This document shows, in pieces, positions 55,548 through 64,000 of a stretch of 64,000 bases of DNA. How positions within the stretch are numbered: position 1 is the first letter of the stretch; every line of letters begins with the position of its first letter. Location of the stretch: the NCBI GenBank assembly GCA_009602725.1, contig WELB01000008.1, positions 1,168,720-1,232,719 on the forward strand, written 5' to 3'. This stretch comes from Spirogloea muscicola (taxonomy: Eukaryota). Below the pieces are notes generated by a model. That model was given only the letters and a program-made list of their open reading frames with translations. It was not told the origin of the DNA and did not search any database. The position numbers and the translations under genes were made by a program.

Positions 55548-56195
55548 ATGGGCAAGCTGCCGGTGCGCGTGAAGCACGTGATGTACACGCTGTCGCCGTT
55601 CGAGCAGAAGATCCTGACGGGGCTGTACAGCGACCTGAGCCACGACGTGGCCAAGAAGATCAAGAACAACTTCGTCAGCTGGTGCTTCTGCGCCGTCCCC
55701 GTCGTCGGCACCGTGTGGTGAGACCCGCCACCCGCTTTGCCTCGCTACTGGGGCGCACTGGCGGGGCCCCCAGCGGAGGCGGGGGTCTGACATGCTGGCA
55801 AGCCAAAGTAGCTCGTAGACACTGGCAGCGCCAGGCAGCGATCTTGGGTCTTGCCTGGATGGAGGGTAGAGTATCTTGACGCAGCAACGGTCATGAGCTG
55901 TGGTGCGGCGATATGGGCCACTCCGTTGCGTCACCTGCATCATGAGGAGGCATTGTGATGTCCTCATTGGCATCCTGCGGCGCGGTGCGGAAACACCTTG
56001 GCTCTCTGCCATGGTGCCTGGCAATTCCTTCCTTGAAACGGAGCCAGTCCATGCCGGTCTTTGCTGTAGTAGTCGTGTGAAAGAGGTAGCCTACTACCGG
56101 AGGAATAAGGAGCCAGGACAGCTGATGCTTGGGGCCTCCTTCGCAGGTTTGCTGCATACTACCGGGAGCAGGAGAAGCTGCACGAGCGATCTTGA
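55548..56195 (+). CDS. QCR8: Cytochrome b-c1 complex subunit 8 (exons 55548-55717, 56147-56195)
   Basis: MGKLPVRVKHVMYTLSPFEQKILTGLYSDLSHDVAKKIKNNFVSWCFCAVPVVGTVW|FAAYYREQEKLHERS*. Confidence 0.92.
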
Positions 56196-56603
56196 AGATT
56201 GACAGAGCGCTTTGATTCAGAATGACTGTGCACTAGACCATCTTGCCTGAAGCGGCTGCTCCAAGAGCTCTTGCCGGCAACATCATGCAAGATTGTCATG
56301 AAGGCTGGGATTAGCACAAACATTGAAGCGATTTAAGAACAAGCAGGCAGGCTCTTATGTGATACTTTGGATCCAGTCCTGGAGCATTGTTGTGCATGTT
56401 CCCACTAGACTACTGTCCTCGAAGTGTAACATTTCATCGTGTGGCTTGGATACACCAGTGGCAGGTCAAGCTTTGCGCGTCTGCAAGTTGTCTGATCAAG
56501 AAGTAGCATATACAGCAACTACTAGTGCTGCGTTCTGCAAGTAGTGTTGCAGACGTCTGTGTGAAGCACATTGGCAAATGTGCCGGATTATTGCAGCTAG
56601 AGC

Positions 56604-58468
56604 TTACTTCACTATACCCAGTTCCTTGAGCCATGAAGTATGCAGTGGGCAGGGGTCTTCCTTGCCAGCAGCAAGTGCAGCCTGAGAGAGGTTGTAGAAC
56701 CAACCATTCCGCCACTCAAACTGCCAGATGAAACCACCCAATAAGCAGTACCAGCTTAGTAGACGTGTGTACTGATCTTTTCAGCTAAATTGTAGCATTG
56801 CCAACATCAAAATCCAGCTGAAGCATACCAATCAGAGTTGCTTATACAGAAGGCAATGACCAACACTTTGCTGCATGACCAATAAGAAGCTTTACCTCCT
56901 TGACTGCAGTTGGAAAGTGGGCTACACTGCGAGCATAAGCCATGAGTCGATCTTCCACACCACTCGTAAATGTGATTCCCTTAGCATCGGCGGCTGCCCT
57001 GCTCAGCTCTTTAATTAAGGGAACAATCTGCCATGCCATGACCACAACACAGGCAGTAGGCTCAGGCGAGTCAGGCAATCAGCAGCAAGGCTGCCCCCTG
57101 TAAATACACTACTATGTGTACTTAACCGACAAGTTCAGCATTCAAGTTGCTGAGGATACACATTGGATATCTTGGAAAATATTCACCCAACTCTTGTTCT
57201 CTACCTCTCGTCCTCTTCAGAGCTACCGTCAAGACATGCTCTCTCTTCTGTTGTTACAGTGAGCAAGCTTGACTCATTGCAGATACACACCTCGTCCTTG
57301 TGGTCCTTCTCCACAACACCTACTGTGGCCCCAGGATGACGGGCTCCGACAAGCATGAATGCACAGATCCAGATGAGCTTCTCGAGCATTGGTTGCTGAA
57401 AATCCTCGAACTTGAGGACCTGGACCAAATTGAGATTTAGAGCAAAATGCATTTGGCTGAGCGCAATATGCCCTGTCTGACAAGAGAGTTATACAGCCCA
57501 AGCCAACTTTCCGTAAGCAACTGCCGAGACCTACGTGCTAGCCATGTGACCATCTCTGACCAGGCAAGAGAATTGGACCTTGCAAGTGAGGCCAGCAGAC
57601 TGGAGGCGCGCAGCAACAGCTGGAGCCCATTTGCCAGTGGCAACCGTGAGGCCCTCAGGGTTGACATCCGTGATGCCATCCACTGGGTCCTGCCCTAGCT
57701 TCGCAATGGCAAAGTACACCAGGACCTGCGTGTTTTCCTGCAGTCCCTTGCTCTCCAGCCATGGCTCCAACATGCCATTCTGCAGAAAGACAAGGTCTAA
57801 CGGGAAGGGGTGCTTCCAAGTCAGCTACCAGATTTGGTTCCAACAATTAGTAGAGCCAAACCTGGTAAAGGCCTTCATAGGTGAGAAGGTGCATCGTCCT
57901 TCACGAGAACGTGCAGAGAAGTATAACTACATCACCCTCCATAATCAAGTTGCGGAGACATCTGTTTCTCATTGCATTGTGAAGAGCAATCAATCACTTG
58001 CAGATTGAGAGGCCGCTTAACTTCAACAATGGGTGGAACGGAGGTCCTTTCCTACTGGCAACATCATTTTGACAGAGGCAGACGTTCTGAGCCCGTTGTG
58101 GAAGCTACTTGAACCCGCCACTGCAAGCTGAGGAGAGATCGAGCACCTGCTACCCCCAGTCAAGTCAGGGCATCTGGTGAGGTGGAGTGAAGGGCGGGAG
58201 AGAGGGGCTGCTGACCAGGCCGTCGTGGCGGCGGCGTGGCGTCCACGACGGCGTCCAGGGCGTCGTTGCGGGTGCACACGAAGATGGGCCCCGTGGAGGC
58301 CTCCGGGATGGCCTGCCCGCGGCCGACCGCGGCATCGCCACCGGTGGGCCCCATGCGCAGCAGCGCAGAACCCACTCGCCCCGTGCCCACCACAACGCCG
58401 GGCTCCACGCTCACCGTCCCCGGAGCCTCCGCTGCCGCCGCCGCCGTATCCGCCGCCGCCGCCGCCAT
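56604..58468 (-). CDS. At1g16080-like plant protein (Rossmann / ketopantoate-reductase-like fold); may start further upstream with a transit peptide
   Basis: VVVGTGRVGSALL; GPIFVCTRND.LDAVVDATP; LVFLQNGMLEPWL; NTQVLVYFA; NPEGLTVATGKWA; MLEKLIWICAFMLVGARH; AYARSVAHFPTAVKE|FEWRNGWFYNLS...DPCPLHT.WL. Confidence 0.88.
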
Positions 58469-58739
58469 TCTTGCAGGCCTCGTTCGCCCTTGCGCTGAGA
58501 AGCGATGGCTGGAGGGGGCAGCGCCAGCGCCGAGGCAGCGGGGCTTGACGGGCGCCGCACCGCCGCGGCGCGGCACCGGCTCGGGTCGGAGGTGCCGCCA
58601 CAGCAGCGCGGCGGGCGTCGTGCCGCACGAGAGGGCGTGGCGGCGACCATTTCGGCTGGCAGTCACCACTGGGGCCTTACTCGTCGCATAGTGGGCTGGC
58701 TTTGGTTCGGAAAGACTGGATTGTGTCGTGAAGGCTAGA

Positions 58740-60180
58740 AATGAAGAGCTCGCCCATTGAGGATAGGGGCTGGAACAGCCAGCCCAGAAAAGAATGAGCA
58801 GAGTACAAGAAGCCCAAGAAGAAGGGGGCCAGGCGAAGCACTAAGACGAAGCACTAAGAAAGAAGCACACAAGAAGAAACAAAGCAGCTACTAACTACTC
58901 AGTAACCCCTGCTAAGAAGAAGAAGTGGCACTCCCAATGGGGGCAAGGGCTGCGAAAAGCTAGCCCAAAAAGAATTCACAAAGGTTCAGAGGGGCCTAAG
59001 AGCGGTGAGCAGCTACAAAGGGGCCTGAGGATGCTATGGTAAAACAGGGGGAGGATGGATCACTCAGTAAGTACGAGTGAGGAGCCTCAGATCCGACAGA
59101 CTAGCTGCCGGGAAGCTATCACCCTGACGAAAGCCAGAGCCCGCAGCGAGAGCACGGCCAGCTCGCAGATGCAGAGCCCCTGCTAAGCAGTCGCAGGTCA
59201 GAAATGCGGTAGAAATGCGGCTGCTTAGCAGGGTTACAGAGTGATTTGCAGCTGCTTTCGTTCTTTGTGTGCTTTGTTTTCTTAGCGCTTCCTCTGGCCC
59301 CCCTTTTGGGCTGGCTTCTCCCAGCCACCAGTCAATTCGGCCGCGCTTTTCCTTCTCGTACTTTGTTCATTCTTTTTTGGGCTGGCTTTTCCAGCCCCTA
59401 TCCTCAATGGGCGAGCCCTTCTCTAGAATTGGCCTCCCTTCCAATTTCATGCGCACCGCGCGCCTTCTCTCTGTGATGGAGGGCCATAGTGGCCAAGTAC
59501 AAATGCAAGCACACTGGCAGATGTACATCACCTGCTGCTAAGCTGCCCCGCTCAGTAACTACGAGTCAGCACATAAGAGGTCGCTAACTGATGCCCCAAT
59601 ACCGGACGGCAAATGGCAAGTACTGTACTTGTGCCACCAGCTAAGGCTCGACCAGCTTTCTTGTGCAAAGCATGTGCCTGAGCTCGCAGCAAAAAGGCTC
59701 ACACACGACGTCGCGAAAATGACAAGTAGGCTGCCGGCGTGCCCATCTCTTGGCTTCACTTCCCACGAAGAGAAAGTAAGCTCATCCCTCGACGAAGAAA
59801 GACTCTTCCAGTAGAGGCCGATGGCTGTGATTGGCCAGCCCAGAAAAGAGAATGAACAAAGTTCGAAGGGGCCAGAAAAGTGTCAAAGCACAAAGCGAAT
59901 GAGCTCCTTCGGGATGAAGCTCGATCGTCCAAAAATGACAAGAGGCGCGTGGTGCACGTTAAGGGGAGTCCAACCCAAGCCAATATACTTCTCAGGCAAA
60001 AGCTAGTGCTGGTGCTTAGAGTTAGTGCTTCCAAGGAAGAAGAAGTAGAAGCAGCTCTTCGAATGGGGCGAGGGCTGTGAGAGGCCAGCATGAAAGAAAG
60101 GACAAGGACGCAGCTCTTCCAGAAGGGGGGAAGGGATGCGAGAGGCCAGCCTGGAAAGAATGTACAAACGCAATGCGGCA
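58740..60180. mobile_element. Large stack of RLE retrotransposon 3' ends in both orientations
   Basis: Terminal modules at ~58746(-), ~58930(-), ~59305(+), ~59368(+), ~59425(+), ~59820(-) and ~60070(-). ORF ends 'ISDLRLLSRG' (~59180, -) and 'RLLSR' (~59217, +). Peptide 'GTPAAYLSFSRRRV.AFLLRAQAHALHKKAGRALAGG' at ~59630-59745 (-). Confidence 0.8.
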
Positions 60181-60528
60181 AGGGGAAATGCGTTAACAGG
60201 CGCTACGAATATGACACGCTTTGACGTATGGGCGAATCAATGAATGACCTGCTATACACAGAAGGGTACTGACACAGAGTAGGACTAGGACCAGTATGCT
60301 CTGAGGAATATCTATATGCTGATTACCTCTGGTTACCTGTAATTCGCCACTGCCACCTTGCCACTAGAAAGGCTTCTCTGTCATGGAGTACCGTCCAGCA
60401 GTAACAAGTTCTGGAGGGGGTGCAAGAACCCGTTCGCACCAAGGCTCCTTCTTGTATCTTCCCTTGAGTATGCCATGCCAGTGCTTGTTGCTCTGGCCTG
60501 CCACCCTGAGATCGTCAACAGCTTCACA

Positions 60529-61977
60529 TCAACAGTGCTCTCTACGGCTTTGATACTCAAACAAGCTAATAGGATATATGCATTGTGTCCAGCATTTTAC
60601 CTTCGGGGTATGCACTTCTCCACGTGGAACCACCGATTCCCGTAAATATATCGGGCAACAAGCAGCAAAGTATCCTCCTCCTCACTGAAAGGTCCACGCA
60701 TCTCTTCCCCCTCCATCGCCTTGCTCTTTGCTTCCAATTCGTCAGCCAGTTTGGCTTTCCAGCGTTCCTCCTCAGGTGTACCCTTGTACTTCTCTCTGGC
60801 CTCGAATATCATCTTAGCTGCAGCAGATTCAGGCTGGTCTGGATTAAGGACATTTGGGCACAGGACTTCGATATGCTGCATGGAATGCCACAAGGGCGAA
60901 TTGCACAATAGCTTGTGAAATGCAGCTGAACTAGTCACTAAGATGAGAAAGCACGCAGATGATCAGCAAATATGGCAGCAACCTTCATGTAGTATAAACA
61001 CTATCTACATCCACATATATGACCCTGATCAAGCTCTCGTCCAAGCCCTTCACTTGCACAGGGAAGCTGTTGGCCTCACCAGCTTTAGTTGCTGCTGGAA
61101 ACGATCCGGTGTCTTCTTGCGGAGAAGGTGGTATGCCGGTGCCAGCTGGAGGAAGAAGCAATCTGTGCCTATTCTTCATGGGCTTCTCCAAGGGTGTCTG
61201 CAGACCACTTCCACCAACGAAGGTGCTCCCTCGGAATGGAGGCGCTGACATGCTGCCTAACCTGCACCGAGAGACATCAAGGCTGTCTCACCTCTACAGA
61301 ACCTAGTTGATCTGATGAGTCTACTGTCCAGCTGAAGGGCGCTCCTCTTCGATGCTATCTCACAGCAAGAATTGTCCAAGCAGGGACTTTCCAAAGCTGC
61401 TCAGTGGCCTTGTGTACCTGTAATTGAAACCTGGAGCCAAGCCTGGGGCTGTTTGAGGCGTGGAAGGAGTCCTGGTGGCACATCAAGTAACTGGGGATGG
61501 ATATCAGTTTTTGGCTGAGCTGGAACCCTTCCTGATCGTGTGCAAGGTCGATATATGTTATATCAATAAGGGGAAGACAGAGTGCCAATTGCCATGGCCC
61601 AGGCAGCTGGAGGAGTGCGCCACAAAAGCAGGCCGAACTTGGCGCGATTGCAGAGACTTGATAGCTTGTGCGCTGTGCACGAAGGGGCTCCAGGCTGACT
61701 CTCCAGTAAACTGCTGTGCTGCTCCTGCATGAAGCAGTGCTTGCCTGCCGGAAGCTTGGGCAGCGGCAGCAGCGGCCGCCGTGTGCCCCTTCCAGGACAC
61801 AGGGTAGAGCTCCGGCGGCACGGGCTTGTACTGGTACACCATGTCGCCGTAGTAGGCGATGCCGGCCTCCTGCTGGTGCCGCAGGATGTCCAGCAGCTGG
61901 TTGTAGTAGAGCACGTCCAGGCCCTCGCCGGCGGAGCCGCCGGCGCCGCCGCCCCGCGCTTTCTTCGGCCGCTTCAT
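60529..61977 (-). CDS. Protein with a single C-terminal Myb/SANT-like repeat, multi-exon; internal exons and stop uncertain
   Basis: First exon MKRPKKARGG...LDVLYYNQLLDILRHQQEAGIAYYG. Late exon contains RGPFSEEEDTLLLVARYIYGNRWFHVEKCIPR. Confidence 0.65.
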
Positions 61978-62099
61978 GCTGGAGGCGCAGGCGGGGCCAG
62001 CGACGGCCACTGGCAGGAGCCCCCGCAGCCTGACCGACGTCCGTGGGAGGCTTTTGGCCTTCAGTGTCACCACTTCCAGTAACCACTGCAAAGGTAAGT

Positions 62100-62525
62100 G
62101 GTTTGCGCTCTCTCGTATTGGGTTTTGCCCCTTGACACAGTCCTTTTTGGATCTCCGATCCCTTGTCAATACTTTTTGGGCTGGCTTATCACAGCCCTTG
62201 CCCCCATTTGGAGTGCCACTTATTTCTTTTTGGGCTGGCGTAACAGCCATCGCCTCATCCCTAAGGCTTCTTACTTGCTTGACAACAGCTTGTTTCTTTG
62301 GCTTTGAACATTGTCCATTCTTTTTGGGTTGGCTTTGCCAGCCCCTCTTCTCAATGGGCGAGCACCTTCTTGTCAAGACCAGCAGCCGCGCCGAATACAT
62401 ACTGGCTGGCCTTGGGCAGCCCATTGTTCTACGTTAAAACATTGTACTAGGCTGAGTTGGCCTTCTTCACTTCATGCGCGCCGCGCTCCTTGTCTCACTT
62501 CATGCGCACCGCGCTCCTTGTCTTC
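62100..62525 (+). mobile_element. RLE retrotransposon 3'-end modules between the divergent Myb-like and BCAT-like genes
   Basis: ttttgggctggcttatcacagccc (~62175), ttttgggctggcgtaacagcc (~62228), ttgtccattctttttgggttggctttgccagcccctcttctcaatgggcgagc (~62311), and a tandem ttcatgcgc.ccgcgctcc (~62471, ~62500). Confidence 0.72.
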
Positions 62526-62706
62526 GTCGCTGAGCGCGCTCGCTCTCTCGCCCAACGCCGAATGCTGCTCAGCAGCCTCCCTCCTCAACAGCTTGCGCCG
62601 CAGCTGCGCCACTCGACCGTTGCCTGCTCGTTGTTCCTTGCTGAAAGTGGCCCTTTCAGAAGCCACCTTCTCCAGCACTTTGCCTTGTCTTGAGTCACAA
62701 CTCGGC

Positions 62707-64000
62707 ATGGCGGCAGCGGACCCCTTCTGCATCAATGTCTGGTCCGCCCCAAGGAGCCTCAACACAAGCCTTATGTATTCCTTCGCCCAGCGAGACGACA
62801 CACAGGTGCGCAGCCGGTGCAGCATGGGCTGATAAGAGAATTTCACAAATTTGGGCTGTCACTTTGTGACTTTGTGGTGTGACAACGATAGTCTGAATCT
62901 TGCTGCTGTTGCTGTACTTTTCCCAACTCAGGCAATCAACTTGGAGATGTGGTCCCTGCCTTCAGGCTGACACCTGAAAATTGTATTTCCACACCTTCTG
63001 AGTATCATGCTAACTTTGTCAAATGTGCACTTCGTCGTTCAAAATGTCTCTCAAATACGCAACAGGTGCTCGATGAGCCACTTTATGCCCACTATTTGAG
63101 CGTCAATCCGAAGGTCCAGAGACCATATCGCGAAGAGCTTCTGAACAGCATGGATTCAGGTATAGCATGACAAATCTGGGGGCCAGCTATGTGCATAGCC
63201 CTTCAAGCTCTGCATATGTCCTCTGTTTCAAGGGCTGCAAGGTCTCCTTGCCTTCCCCTGATCTGGGACGTTTGCTGAAGGACAATTCCGCAAGCCGTCA
63301 TTGGCACCTCTGCACAGCTAGCACCTCGATCATGCTTGGCAAGCTGTTGATATTGAGATTTCACAGAACGTAGGATCCGACCTTCTGAATCAGAGCCTTT
63401 CTCTATCAAGCAGATGGCAACAGGGTTGTGCACAATGTCATTCATGGTCCTCGTAAGAAGAAGGTGCTCGTTGTCAAACACATGGCAAAGCACCGCACTT
63501 CTCATCTGGACGATCTGATAATTACTGGGGGTAGGCATGTCTTACTACTGAGAGACCCTTTGGAAAGTCTTCGGTCTTTCAACAAGCAAGTACCAGCGAC
63601 TCTGGAAGAGCTTGGCTTTCCCGCACTTGTACAAATTTTCAGGTTGGCATACATTGCTGCTTCATGTTGAATCTTCTGTGAGCTACTGAGCACCAGCACT
63701 ACCATACAGCCTGTGATAGTTACCTACTATTCAAGCATGTGATTGAAGCTCTTTTGAGACAGCACGATATACTGAGAAGGCCCTGCAACCAGCTGCAAAT
63801 GTCAAGAATATATGACAGCAATAGCACCTAACAAATTCTGTGAGTGGTGGACTGGGCCATTGCAACATGTCAGTGTGTGACTTACAAGACTGCCAGCTTG
63901 CTGATGTGGAACTGCGAATATAGTACTAATACAACATTGTTGTCCACTGCCCACAGTCAATTAAGAGGCATGGGTTGTGAACCTCCCGTGGTCCTTGCAT
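62707..64000 (+). CDS. Branched-chain-amino-acid aminotransferase-like protein, N-terminal sulfotransferase-like domain, 3'-partial
   Basis: INVWSAPRSLNTSLMYSFAQRDDTQ|VLDEPLYAHYL....RPYREELL..MDS|DGNRVV..VIHGP.KKK...KHMAKH...RHVLLLRDP...SF. Confidence 0.9.

Overview
Eukaryotic, intron-rich, gene-dense nuclear DNA. The plant-type gene families and GC-rich (GCC)n gene starts suggest a green plant or streptophyte alga (inference). It holds about 17 spliced genes: a DUF4057-type protein, PCNA (partial), MND1, nicastrin, a RECQ1/RecQl2-type helicase, a DHHC S-acyltransferase, two uncharacterised genes (one weakly GNAT-like), a divergent R2R3-MYB, ADAL/MAPDA, an AlkB dioxygenase, RlmN, prolyl 4-hydroxylase, LWD/DCAF7 WD40, QCR8, an At1g16080-like protein, a single-Myb-repeat protein and a BCAT-like/sulfotransferase-like protein. 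There are two assembly gaps. The main non-genic signal is nine intergenic stacks of short 3' ends of several related restriction-like-endonuclease (RLE, CRE-like) non-LTR retrotransposon subfamilies. They share the ORF end 'LQRAxAxALHxxAGRALxxxSG...SDLxLLxRGY*' and mostly a GGCTGG-loop-CAGCC terminal hairpin. All sit upstream of gene starts, and I saw none in introns. A cluster of four consecutive imperfect hairpins lies between the MAPDA and AlkB 3' ends. Exon boundaries and repeat limits were read by eye and are approximate.
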